Of a stretch of DNA of 64,000 nt, positions 1 to 13,772 are shown piece by piece. The position numbers and the translations under genes are program-made. Each line of letters starts with the position of its first letter. Position 1 is the first letter of the stretch. The stretch is taken from assembly GCF_009914755.1 (NCBI RefSeq), contig NC_060946.1; one strand, 5' to 3'. The stretch comes from the human T2T-CHM13v2.0 reference genome, Homo sapiens. The notes beneath the pieces are model-generated. The model made no database searches and was not told where the DNA came from. It was given only the letters and a program-made list of their open reading frames with translations.

Positions 1-37
1 AGGCAGAGACCACCTTCTCGGGGTCAGACGTGTCAGT
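1..37 (-). CDS. RANGAP1: RANGAP1 exon 13, 5' part (TDTSDPEKVVSA, aa 461-472); runs off the window
   Basis: Acceptor AG at 39-38 after a pyrimidine tract; translation continues the RanGAP1 C-terminal domain in phase 0. Confidence 0.95.
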
Positions 38-363
38 CTGAGGACAAAAGAGACAATGGTTGGCCTGTGGCACGTGGTGGAGAGGTACCTGGGCTCTGAC
101 GCTAGCTAGGAGAGGCCTGGGCAGTACAAAGGCCCCTGGCGGGCAAGAACAGGTCCTGCCTTACCCCATGCTGTCCCTTCAGAGTCTGGCTTGGATTTGG
201 CCTGCAGCAAGCACATATGCAGCATAGAGAGGGAATGAATGAGTGAATGAACAAGGATGAAAAATCATCCCAGCCGGGTGTGGCGGCTCATGCCTGTAAC
301 CCCAGCACTTTGGGAGGCTGAGGTGGGAGGATGGCTTGAGGCGAAAAGTCTGAGACCAGCCTA

Positions 364-577
<214 letters not shown>

Positions 578-1097
578 TCAGGGATCCAGTGGTCCCCATC
601 TTGTAATTGAACTTGAAGAAATAATCTAGCATGTAGACAATACTCACATGCAGAAACGTTTACCTCAACCTCACAACAGGGAAAAGTGGAAAAAACGTCA
701 GAAACAGTGCCTGGCTTTTAAGTGCTACATCCACACATTGCAATAAAAATCCTGAGAAGAGTTTTATGGGCACAAGAAAGTGATGAATGGTGCTACACCA
801 AAGTGATAGGCCACAGAAAGGCTTACAACATCTGATTTATCATGTTAAAAGAAACAAAGAATACAGGCAAAACCTAACAAAGCAATTGGCCGAAATGTTA
901 AGCCAACTCTGAGAGTGGGCCCATTTTATTTCTCTGTAACCTCCGAGCCTCCGCTTTCTTATCTACAAAATAAGGGCTGGCCGGGCACGGTGGCTCATGC
1001 CTGTAACCCTAGCACTTTGGGAGGCCGAGGTGGGTGGATCATGAGGTCAGGAGTTTGAGACCAGCCTGGCCAACGTGGTGAAACCTCGTCTCTACTA

Positions 1098-1280
<183 letters not shown>

Positions 1281-1799
1281 CTACATTTCATGTTGCCAAG
1301 AGGGTTAAATAAAATCATGCCCAAATGCAGTGCCTGGCAGAAAATGGATGCCCCGAAGATCATCTATGAATGAATGAATGAGCCAACCAACAAGTGAGGC
1401 TGGAGTGAGGGCACCCATCCTGCAACAGGCACGTCACTTCCAAAGGAGCCCTGGGCAACAGAGTTGTTCTCGAAGCAGCTGGGCTGACGGAACACGCAGA
1501 GAGAAGCCAAGGAGGGGGTGGGCACATGCAAGGCTCTTAAGGAAATTCCCTAACCCCAGTCAGCATGGGAACTGGCGGGCTGTACTTTCTGTAGGCTGAG
1601 TGGGGAGGGAACATTTGCAACCCCTGGAGGCTTATAAATACCCTGGACATTTGCGCGTGTTGTAACAGTGGCAGGCCAAGCCTCCCTGCCCCCAGCTGAC
1701 AGCGTCGCACCCCCAGGTCTCTGAGCTGTTCGTCCCTTTTCTCTAACAGCTCCAGAAGCCACAGCACGTACAGCGTGGGGGTCGAGGGGTGGTTATTAC

Positions 1800-1919
1800 C
1801 TGCTGGGCTATCAGCACGGAGCTCTTGGGCCCTAGGCGCAGCAGCTTCTCTGGAGAGGGAAAAGCCAGGAAGGTGGAGACGTCTGCAGGAGGTGGGGAGG
1901 ACAGCACGGGAGCTGGCTC
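1800..1919 (-). CDS. RANGAP1: RANGAP1 exon 12 (120 nt, aa 421-460; includes S428 and S442 SP sites)
   Basis: CAG|GAG acceptor, CAG|GTAATA donor; peptide [40 protein letters not shown] in ORF 1743..2009. Confidence 0.97.
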
Positions 1920-1978
1920 CTGGGAAGTAGGGGCACAGAGGCTCTGGAGAATTCCGGACCCCAGACTCCCCGACACAG
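1920..1978 (-). ncRNA. MIR6889: MIR6889 precursor (5'-tailed mirtron-type hairpin ending at the 3' splice site)
   Basis: Minus strand CUGUGUCGGGGAGUCUGGGGUCCGGAAUUCUCCAGAGCCUCUGUGCCCCUACUUCCCAG. The G-rich arm pairs with the C-rich arm, which ends at the intron AG. Matches my recollection of hsa-mir-6889. Confidence 0.85.
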
Positions 1979-2638
1979 CTGTGCCCATCCCCACACCCAG
2001 CACATCCACCCTTCACTCCAGCCCATCTAGGCTCAAAGTCTAGAATTCTTCCTCCCACTCAGCTGCATTTCCCATCTATCAATATCACCCAGAGATGCTG
2101 GCCCTGGATGGCTCTTGGTCCAGGAGCCTTTGGGGTGAGGGGGAAGCTACCTCCCTGGGACTCAAAAAACCTGCTACGGCCAAGTGGATCCTCGTCATGA
2201 CATGCAGTGCCCCAGAAATGACTACGGAGGCACATGGGGGCTAAAGTGGGTCCCCGTAGAACTACAGTCCAGCCTGGGTAAGCCCTGCTAGCACCAGAGG
2301 TGCCCAGAGGAAAAACTGAATTGAGGCGAACCTAGCCATTTGTTTAATTGATTCCATAAACCAGAGAAGCAGCCCAATTCAGCGTAAGCATGGGGAGTCC
2401 TTGTCCAGAGCCAAGTTCTCCAGGAGCTTTACTTAGGAACCTGACAGGGAATGCAAATGAATGAACTGGAGGTGTGGCAGCCCTGATGCAGCCCCGGGCC
2501 AGACAAGGGACACCAAGTGCCCAAGCCAGGTCATGGCCCAGCCACCATCCCAGGAATGGGGGAGTGGTTCCTAAGGGTCACCAAGACAATCCTCTGGTGG
2601 GTGGGGAAAAAAAAAATCAGAATTTCTATTTATGCTTA

Positions 2639-3034
<396 letters not shown>

Positions 3035-3235
3035 TCAAAAAAAAAAAAAAGAAATATAGGTAACTATCATTACACTGGGACCATTTTCCTTTTTTTACTC
3101 AATATCATGCAATAAAAAAAAAATGTTTGTGGCTACTGTGCTTAAGGAGACACCCCCTACCCCATTGTGAAAGTGCCTCGGGATTTCACGTTCTCAGGAC
3201 CAGGGCTCTGATTGTGGCAGATGATAGAAACTCAC

Positions 3236-3422
3236 CCCAGTGTTAGGGTCCAGAATCTTCCGTGAGGGCGTGGCTGACTTCTCTCCCTGCCCTCGCTGCT
3301 GAGGCTCTTCTTCCTCCTCCTCCTCCTCTTCTTCCTCCTCTTCCTCATCTTCCTCCTCCTCTTCTTCTGCTTCCTCTTCTTCCTCTTCTCCTTCCTCCTC
3401 CTCCTCCTCGTCCTCGTCATCA
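3236..3422 (-). CDS. RANGAP1: RANGAP1 exon 11 (187 nt; acidic poly-Glu tract, T409)
   Basis: CAG|TGATGAC acceptor, GGG|GTGAGT donor; DDEDEEEEEEG...PQQRGQGEKSATPSRKILDPNTG; cumulative CDS 1260 nt. Confidence 0.97.
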
Positions 3423-4602
3423 CTGCAGAAAGAGCTGGCTGAAGCAGATCCTCTCTACCCAGCAGCCCAGGTTGGCTCTAAGGCCTGGCTCCATGAGCCC
3501 AGAGACCTCACCTCAGCCAGGAGGGAGAGAGCCTGGTGGGGTGGGAGCACCTGCTCCCAGGGCAGGGGCAGGTGGATCACCAGGGAAATCCATGCTGTGG
3601 ACACAAAAAAATAAGATCGGCCGGGCGCGGTGGCTCATGCCTGTAATCCCAGCACTTTGGGAGGCCGAGGTGGGTGGATCATGAGGTCAGGAGATCGAGA
3701 CCATCCTGGCTAACGTGGTGAAACCCCGTCTCTACTAAAAATACAAAAAATTAGCCGGGTGTGGTGGCGGGCGCCTGTGGTCCCAGCTACTCAGGAGGCT
3801 GAGGCAGGAGAATGGCGTGAACCCTGGAGGCGGAGCTGGCAGTGAGCCGAAATTGTGCCACTGCACTCTAGCCTGGGCAACAGAGCGAGACTCCATCCCC
3901 CACAAAAAAACAAAAAAAAAAAAACAAAAAAAAATCAGATCTTGTCCCTGTCCTCAAGGAGCCCCAGGTTTCATGGAGAGACAGAAAACGAAGACAGCTT
4001 TGTCACACCTAGAGCCCAGGGCTTGGCAGGAACACTGCCCAGGTTGAGATGCCAGGGCAGGGGCGCCCACATCCACATGACCTCAGGAAGCTACAGGTGT
4101 GGGGGAGGAAGAAGAGTAGGGGTGTCCTTGCCCCATAGGAAGGCTGGACCATTTCCCAGGGACAGTGGGACCTGTGAGGTTCAGCCCACCTCGGAGTCCC
4201 CAGTTCCTAGCCTCAGCTCAGGGCCTAGCACCGAGGAGACACGACTGAGTATCTGACACACGAATGAGGCCGACTTGGAGATGCGAGGGGCACAGGGAGC
4301 CCGATGCTGATGGCCCAACCGGACTTGGATCCAGGAGATGGCCACTCCCCGGCCACCCACCTTCACCTCCAGGTAGACTCCCCAGGCCCCATGGTCTCTT
4401 CCTTTCTAGAGTCAGCGTCTTAAGAACAATCCCGAGTGCAGCCCCTTCTGGCTGCCCCCACCTCCCACCCCCATCACTCCCCAGGCCCCACCACATCAGG
4501 ATGAGATCTGGCCTCACCCCTTCAGAGGCCTCCCCAACTCCACCACTCTACAGGGTGGCCCCGCTCAGCCCGTACGAGCTCCTCTGTTGAACGGACAACT
4601 CA

Positions 4603-5058
<456 letters not shown>

Positions 5059-5119
5059 TCAGCCGGGGTGCCAGGGCCAGCCTAGCAGACCTGTGCAGAG
5101 GCCTCCCCCATCCGACTAC

Positions 5120-5219
5120 CATTCAGGTCCAGCTTCTCCAGCTCAGCTTTGTCTGCCATGGCCTCAGCAACAGCCAGGGCAGCATCCCTCTTGATTTCAC
5201 AGAATGACAAGTTCAGCTC
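5120..5219 (-). CDS. RANGAP1: RANGAP1 exon 9 (100 nt, LRR)
   Basis: TTTTCAG|GAG acceptor, ATG|GTAGTC donor; [33 protein letters not shown]. Confidence 0.96.
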
Positions 5220-5639
5220 CTGAAAATAAGAGGAAGGGTTGGAGGCAGGCAGAAACTCGGGCCAGGACACCAGGTTCTACTCTAAGCCTCAGTTTCCCCA
5301 AGTGAGGATATGGCAGGCTCTGTCCTCCAGGTGGGGCAAAGTGGGCAGGAAGAATAACACCAACAACAAAAATAATGCCCTGCAGCCAACGATGAGTCAC
5401 GTACTGTGTTTACTTAAATCACAAGACAGTGATGTACACCACTCCCTGCCTCCCGCTTTAGAAATGAAGAAACCATGGCTCAGAGGGGTGTGGAGGCTCA
5501 CACAGCATCACAGGGCCCGAAGTGGAGGAGCTGGGATATGGACACAGGCCCACCTGCCTTCAGACCAGACCCCTGTGCCCCCAGCCGCCCCACCACCCAC
5601 AGACCCCAGAGGGAGGACGTCAGGCGTCCAGGCTGGCAC

Positions 5640-5753
5640 CTTTAGCTTGGGCAGGCCGCCGCGGATGGCATCTGCAATGGCAACTGCACCCTTGGAGCGC
5701 ACCAGGCAGTCCCCAAAATTAATCACCTCCACCTGCCGCAAGGTCTTCAAGGT
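5640..5753 (-). CDS. RANGAP1: RANGAP1 exon 8 (114 nt, LRR)
   Basis: CAG|ACC acceptor, AAG|GTGCCA donor; [38 protein letters not shown]. Confidence 0.96.
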
Positions 5754-6876
5754 CTGTGAGGGGGAAGCAATGGTCCAGAGTGAGGGTGCAGACCACACCC
5801 CAGCCCTCAGCAAGCCCCGGGGGCCCCACACGGTCACATCCCAAGCCAGCCACCACACACTGTCCTCCTCTGCAAGTCACCAGCTTTGCCGTCTTCTACT
5901 TGTTGGCCTCTGGGCCCCTGGCCAAACCTCCTCCACCCCTCCCCATGTTACGGCCAGAACTCTTCCTGAGACCAACCAAGCAAGGTTCCTGCTGAGCATC
6001 CGGGTCTTCCACACGTAAGCTGATCCCTCTGCCTGAAACACCCATCCCCCACCCTCTGTCCAGAGAAAGACCACTTGCCCTATACAACTTAGCCAAAATG
6101 TGATCTCTTCCAGGAAGCCTGCCCTAAGTCTGATTTGAACTTCCTTCTGGCGTGTTCCCCAACACCTGCACACATCTCTGCTAACACACAGGCAGCCGGA
6201 CTAGCCTTCTGTGGGGCCACGGGACCCTGGCAGCCAAGAAGCCACTGCGTTCAGAGCCCAGCACTGTTACCACTGGCAGCTTCCTTCCCTCCTTGAGCTA
6301 GGGTCTCCCTGAAGGCGGGGTCTTTGGCTCAACCCCATGTGGCCTGCACTTGGTACAAAGCCAAGCACTAAATGGGGACTCAAAAAACAGCTGCTGGGCC
6401 AGGCACAGTGGCCTGCACCTGTAATCCCAGCTACTCAGAAGGCTGAGGTGGGAGGATCACTTGAGCCCAGAAGTTCAAGACCAGCTTGGGCAACAGTAAG
6501 ATTCCGTCTCAAAAAGTGATAATAAATAACAAAACAAACAACAGCTGCTGAACAAATCAACCAGGAAAACAGATGTGGGGAGCAGTCTGCTCCTGTGCAG
6601 CCTGAGAACAAACCAGCGGCAGCCGCTGGGGGCTGCAGAGGCGGCTCAGGAGAAGGTGGCATGAAGAATCAGAGCTGCCCGAGGAGGGCGTGGGTTACCT
6701 TGGGACCTGCAACCCTGTTCAGGACATGTTCAAAGAGCTGGAGCCATGGGGCACACACCCAGGGGGCAGGCAGGGGGTAGAGGAGTCCCTGCTAAACGGA
6801 GCCCCAGCTTCCCTGGAAAGACAGCAGCCAGCCTCTATCTGGCGGGGCCCAACTGGCTCTGCCACACTCGCCTCAC

Positions 6877-7035
6877 CTCGGCCATGGCCACGGCGCCCTT
6901 CTCAGTGAAGGTGTTGTCATTCAGGTTGATGACCCGCAGCAGGGGGTTGACAGCGAAAGCCTGGGCCAGGGCAGTGATGCCAGGGTGGTTGATCCCATTC
7001 TGTGGCATGTGGACCTCCTCCAGGGTCCCGATGAC
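6877..7035 (-). CDS. RANGAP1: RANGAP1 exon 7 (159 nt, LRR)
   Basis: CAG|GTC acceptor, GAG|GTGAGG donor; [19 protein letters not shown]...KGAVAMAE. Confidence 0.97.
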
Positions 7036-8277
7036 CTGTGAAGAGGAGGCAGAGAGTGGAGGGGGCCCCGAGTGCCAGGTGACATCCAGCAGGCAGGAGA
7101 GCAATTCCACACAGCAGGCACAGGAATGGGCTGCCGCCAGCACAGGGCAGGGGCCTGTCTGTGGGATTTTGGGGCATGGCTGCATCTAACTCTTTCCACA
7201 ACCTCCTGAGGGAGGCCTACTGCCTGGGATAGGATCCCCACCAGAGAAAAGACTAGGGATCAAAGAGGCGAAGTGACTTGCCCAGGGTCACAGAGCTCTA
7301 GATCCAGCAGGTCGATTTCTTGTTCTCAGTCTGGTGTCCTCAGCACAGTGGGGACCCTGGCTGTGGTGGGCAGGCACTCATGCCCCTTCTCTGGATGACA
7401 TAGCTCCATGTGACCTTTCTTTCTTAGGGGCCCTCCTAGCCCACCCACCTACACAACATAACCCCTTCGACATGGCGTCCTTCTCTAGGGATGAGGAGGG
7501 TGTTCCCTGGCCCATGCAGCCCTATCACAGCCTGGCCTTTTGATACCCATTCTCTCTGCCTCCTTATTTTCTTTTTCTTTTTTCTTTTTTTTTCCTTTTT
7601 TGAGACGGAGTCTCGTTCCGTCGCCCAGGCTGGAGTGTGATGGCATGATCTTGGCTCATCGCAACCTCTGCCTCCCAGGTTCAAGTGATTCTCCTGCCTC
7701 AGCCTCCTGAGTAGCTGAGATTACAGGCGTGCGCCACCACACCCGACTAATTTTGTATTTTTAGTAGAGATGGAGGTTTCACCATGTTGGCCAGGCTGGT
7801 CTTGAACTCCTGACCTCAGGCGATCCAGCTTCCTCGGCCTCTCAAAGTGCTGGGATTACAGACGTGAGATACCACACCCGGCCATTCAGCATTTTCTTGA
7901 CAGGCTAACTCATATGAGTTCTAGGGCTCTTGTTTTGGTCACCTCCTCTCCCAGGAAGGCTTCCTGGATTCCCCCAGCCACGGTCCAGTGTGCGTTCCTC
8001 TGTGCTCCCGGAGCACCTGGTCCCTCCTCTATCACGGTGGTCCTCATCCTGCCTACATTCAAAGCCTATATTCCGTCTGCATCCCATCGGCCCCTGAGCT
8101 TTGGAGGAGAGGGCCATGTCCCAGTCTCCACTGTGACCCAGGACTGAGGGTTGGCCTGGCTTAACTGTGCCAAGGAATCTTCTGCTGTCTTCAGGTGCTC
8201 AGTGCAGCACAGGGCAATGGGGGGAGCGGGTGGTCCACAAATAAATACAGGAAGGCCAACCTGGGCACACTCCAGGT

Positions 8278-9162
8278 CAGGCCTTCTTAGTATTTTCTGT
8301 GCCATGAACCCTTCAGGCAGTCTGGTGAAGCCCCTGGGTCCCCTCCTCAAAAAATGTTTTTTTAAAATTTTAAGATAAATTACACAGAATTACAAAGGAA
8401 ATCAACTCAGTTGGAACAGTTATCAAAACATTTAGGAAAAAACTCCAAACGCATGCTGTAGTGATATACAAACTTCTTGTTAATGCACCAAATAACAAGA
8501 TCTAGGGGTGGGTCCACTATTACTGTAATTTTGATGTAGTGAGAAATATTTCTATATATCAGCAGTAACTATAACTTCATATGAAATACCTGTGATTTCC
8601 ACTGGGGATAAAGTCACAAGATTTTCTTTTTATTTTTTTAAAAATTTTAAGCTGGGCGCAGTGGCTTATGCCTATAATCCCAGCACTTTAGGAGGCCAAG
8701 GCGAGTGGATTACCTGAGGTCAGGAGTTTGAGACCAGCCTGGCTAACATGGTGAAACCCCATCTCTACTAAAATACAAAAATTAACTGGGTGGGCATGGT
8801 GGTGCACACCTGTAGTCCCAGCTAATCGGGAGGCTGAGGTGGGAGGATCACTTGAGCCTGGGAAGCTTCAACTGCAGTGGGCTGAGATTGCACCGTTGTA
8901 CTCCAGCCTGGGCAACAGAGCGAGACCCTGCCTCAATAAAATTTTTTTTTTTTTTGGGTTCAGGGACTACATGTGCTTGTTTGTTATGTGGGTAGTCACA
9001 GGCCTTTCTAATGCTGTGAGGTTTATTGTCTACATTTATAATCAAAGGTCACACTACATATTTTAGCTACATTAGTAATAAATAATAATGTTATTTTTTC
9101 CTCATCCATGTTCACAGACCCCTGAATTCTATCCACATACTGGGGGGGATTAAGAACCCCCA
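8278..9162 (+). mobile_element. hAT-Charlie family DNA transposon (Charlie4a-like), interrupted by an Alu at ~8651-8940
   Basis: Degenerate terminal inverted repeats CAGGCCTTCTTA...TTAAGAACCCCCA and a recognisable AT-rich interior; subfamily from memory. Confidence 0.65.
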
Positions 9163-10374
9163 TTCTAAGCCCACCAGAGGACACCTATGAAGGCTCAACA
9201 CAACCACAGCGCACCCCCTCCTCCCAGTGCACTGAGGACAGCAGGCTGACGGCAGGAAGGGATCCAAGGATGGCAGTGAGGCCCCCACCAGCTCCAGAGG
9301 AGGCAGCAGGAGCTCCCCTGCAGCCAGGGGTGCAGGGAGACACAAGGCAGATCTCTGCGATGTTCACTTGGCACTGAAGCAGGCAAAGGGTATCTACAGA
9401 CAGCCTCGATGGGCAGCCAGGACATTCCGGCCCATATGAGCAATGCTCCTAGGATACTGTTTGCTGAAGAAAACATTTAAATTAAGAGAAGAGGGGCCGG
9501 ACGTGGTGGCTCACGCCTGTAATCCCAGCACTTTGGGAGGCCCAGGCGGGCAGATCACTTGAGGTCAGGAGTTCGAGACCACCTGGCCAACATGGTAAAA
9601 CCCCGTCTCTAATAAAAATACAAAAATTAGCCGGGTGTGGTGGCGGGTGCCCGTAATTCCAGCTACTCGGGAGGCTGAGGCAGAACTGCTTGAACCTGGG
9701 AGGCGGAGACTGCAGTGAGCCAAGATCACGCACTGCACTCCAGCATGGGTGACAGAATGAGACTCTGCCTCAAAAAAAACAGGAAAGAGAGGAGGGAGAC
9801 AGACCCCAAAGTTTTCAGTCCTGTTAGGGGCAAGTGTAGCCTTCTGCTGGCACTCACGATCGGGGACTCAGCAATGTCCTGCGGGGATGGGGAGAGGAGA
9901 GTGGAAGAGGAGTGGGGATAAGGTCACCTGAGAGCACGTCATTTGGCACCTGAGCCCTGCGGCTGCCCCTGCCTATCTCCCTGTCTTGGAGGTCTGGTAT
10001 GTTCCTTCTCTGTGCCCCACACCAGTGGCTGGGCCAGGCTACTGTCAGCACTCGCACCATCTCACTTCACCACTTCTGAGCCTGGCAGATGACACTCCTT
10101 GGTCAGAGTGGCCTGCCTGGCCTGAAGCCCCATAGGGGCTGGCTCACCAGTGGGAGCCAGTCACACACCTTTCCGGAAAGTCACACACCTTTCCAGAAAT
10201 GCACGACAGGAATTCTGGCTCATTTTCGGATGGGTTAACAGGCTTGGAGAGGGCACGTGACGCCCCAGGTCTCTTGGTTGAGTGCCAGCCCTGGGATTAG
10301 CATCCAGAACTGTCAGCCTACTATGCCGAGTGCACCTCAAGGCTGCAGGGGCAGGATGGACAGAAACCACTCAC

Positions 10375-10509
10375 CCTAAAAGCTTCTGCCAAGGCAGTGG
10401 CGCCATCATTCTCCAGACGGTTTCTGCCAGCCACAAAGACCTTCAGGGCCAGAGGCTTGCCTTGGGCACTGGATTTCCGGTGACATTCGGTCAGAGCTGC
10501 AGCCAGGAT
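10375..10509 (-). CDS. RANGAP1: RANGAP1 exon 6 (135 nt, LRR)
   Basis: CAG|ATC acceptor, AGG|GTGAGT donor; [12 protein letters not shown]...[18 protein letters not shown]. Confidence 0.97.
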
Positions 10510-12215
10510 CTGTGGGGAAAGGCAAGGGGCCCTGGTCATGGGCAGGAGCCTCTTCTCCCAGCGGGGTGGCCACTGCTGCTGAACTGCTCTTCAACATCCC
10601 ACGCCACCCATCGGTGCAGGTCAGGGGACGCAGGACTGCTAACAGCTCAACAGTCACACCTTAAATATGTCCAGCACTTCAGTTACACAAGGTTTTTATC
10701 TCTAATGCTGTGTCACACCAGCCTGAGAGGTTTAGCTTCACTTTCGAGACGGGGAGACCAAGCCCTACTCAGGAAAGGGAGAGACCACATGGAGTGGATG
10801 AACTTTTAGCCAGGTCCAGGGGAAGGACTTCCTAGTCAGCTCACTTCACTGTCTAAGGCCCTCTGCTAGGTGGGAAAATCATGGCTCCCATTTTCCAGCT
10901 GAAGAAACTCAGGGTAAGAGGAACGGAAACTTTCTTATGGTCAATAAACAAGTGGTGGACTCTGGACCAAAGCCCAAATCTTCCAGCTTCTCTTCCACGT
11001 TCCACAATGTCCAAGGGAGCCAGCTGCCAAGTCCACGGTCCAGACGAACCTGTCTGACACCTGCCTGTGCCTAAAAGCTGGCCAGGCACAGCAGGAGCTT
11101 GCCTGCTGGTGGTAAAAACCTAACACCCAGCTTGCCCTGTCCCTGGTGTGGTGCCAGGAAGTAGCTTCTACCCTGGTTACACCATTAGGAAAAGCACTGA
11201 AAAACGGAGACTGACCGATGGGAATCAGAGCCCATGGTAAATGCGACATAAAAGAATCACGAGCGAGTGCACCGAGAGAAGTGATATTTGCAGAACACCT
11301 GATGTTTGCAGAGCACCTGCTAGGGCCTGGGCATCCTTGGCATATTTTCTTGTTTCAACCTCAACACCAGCCTGGGAGGCAGGCAGGATTGGCCGTACTT
11401 TACAGATGAGGAAGCTGAGGCTCTGAGAGATGAGTGAATTGGCCAAGGTCACCCGGTAAGTATTTAGCAAAGCCGCACATGGCGGGTGGGTTGGCCTAAC
11501 TCCTGGCATGAGACTGCACACAGCCGTCCTTTGAGGAACAGAAGAGCCAGCACCTGCTTGACTCCACGGTGGTGATGGTGGATCACGCACACACGATCAC
11601 GCACACACTCAGGGTAGAGACATCAAACTTCTGCCAAAGACCAGCCTCTGAGGAAGCTACTCAGCAGCAGCAGCCGACTGCTAGGTCACCCCCATTCTCC
11701 CAGATTCCCTGGAGGCCACGTGGTGATGGCCTTAGCTCCTGCAGGAGTCCAACTTGGGTATGGAGAGTTCTCAAGCACAGGGCCATGCCTCTTGCCCCAC
11801 CAACTCCTCTGGGCCCTTCTATTCTCATGGTGCATGGCACAGAAACCACACTAAACACACTGCCCAGAAGAAAAAGATTCCAAAGGACCTGCAGGCCTTG
11901 GTTAGACACCCAGACCATGGCGTCTGAGCTCCCAAGAGGCATAGGTCAGCAAGGCCGAGACCCAGAGACCTAATCAAATCAGTGGTCAGGGAGGCACAGA
12001 GAACCATCAATCAAACTCCAGGGTAGGCCTGTCTGCCCAGGAGGCCCTCTGGTCCTGGGTCCAAAACTCATTCCCCAACTCACCCCATTACAAGTATAGG
12101 ACAGGCCAGACAACTCCTGGCCAGTAGGAAAGCTCCCTGAGCCTCAGTTTCCAGGCACTGCTGGGCAGGAGAAGGGAAGTAATGGAAGGAAAACCGAAGC
12201 ATTTTGCTAGAATAG

Positions 12216-12810
<595 letters not shown>

Positions 12811-13592
12811 TGATCCACTCCACCCCATCTCTCTAAGCCTATGCTGAGTCATGTGGAAAAACTGGGATGGCATCAGCCACCTTTCAGTGTGGGTGGGAAA
12901 AGTTAAGGTATTGCATATTCAAATAAGATATCCCCAACTGCTGTTACTTCTGTGTCCCCAGCCCTTTTCTCCCTTTGGTTAGAAAGTGTGTGTAGGGGTT
13001 GCAGCCTGGCACTCAGTGTCCTCCAACCCTGGGTCTAAAGGCACTGGGATGGAGTTGGAAGAGAATAATACGGCAGGCCGCCCTTGATGCAGGTTCTGGG
13101 AAGCAAAGAAGCTCCACTCTACACTGACCAGCCCAACGTGAAGCTCTACACTGACCTTGCCTGAGGACACCTCCCTGGGCAAGGCCCTGTCTAGGAATAA
13201 AGGTGAGCTGTGACGGTGCCCCCCTAAGCATATGCTCCTCTTTTCAGACTCCCTCTGCCTATGTGCCAGGCTCTACCAGCTGCTCTGCGGGTACAGTGAG
13301 TATAGGGATGCCCCAAGCCCTGAGTTTTGCAGAGCCAGCAGGCTGGAGCAGGTATGCAGTGGCACTCCCTCTGCGTTGCCAAGCCAACCCAAGAACTGGG
13401 GATGGTTGCTTGGCAACCCCACCCTCATGGACGCCTCTACCCTCCGGCCACAGGCTGTTGCCTTTGAGGCCTTTCTCTTTTGAAAACAACGGCTGACCAT
13501 CCCAGATGGTGGTGGCCAAGGGCCAGGGCACATATGTCAGACGGATGTGGATGGACCAGGGGACTCTGCGGGGAGGGGGCTGCCACACCCAC

Positions 13593-13772
13593 CTTGCCGC
13601 CGCCAATGCCCATGCCACAGTTGTTGAGCTTGAGTTCCTGCAGGGTGAAGCAGGCTGAGCTCTTGAGCAGGGCCTCGAAGCCTTGCACACCGTCGGGCCC
13701 GAATGCGTTGTCGCTTAAGTCCAGCTCCACCAGCTGAGCCCCAGCTGTGATGAGTCCTTCCCCTAGTGAGAT
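13593..13772 (-). CDS. RANGAP1: RANGAP1 exon 5 (180 nt, LRR)
   Basis: CAG|ATC acceptor, AAG|GTGGGT donor; [25 protein letters not shown]...[12 protein letters not shown]. Confidence 0.97.

Noticed and set aside
3262-3684. 140-aa Pro/Leu-rich plus-strand ORF and the Arg/Lys-rich ORF 3232..3423
   Set aside because: Antisense and off-frame shadows of the poly-Glu exon; the plus ORF ends in an Alu.
5239-6018. 259-aa plus-strand ORF
   Set aside because: Non-ATG start, antisense to exon 8, includes MIR-like sequence, no recognisable domain.
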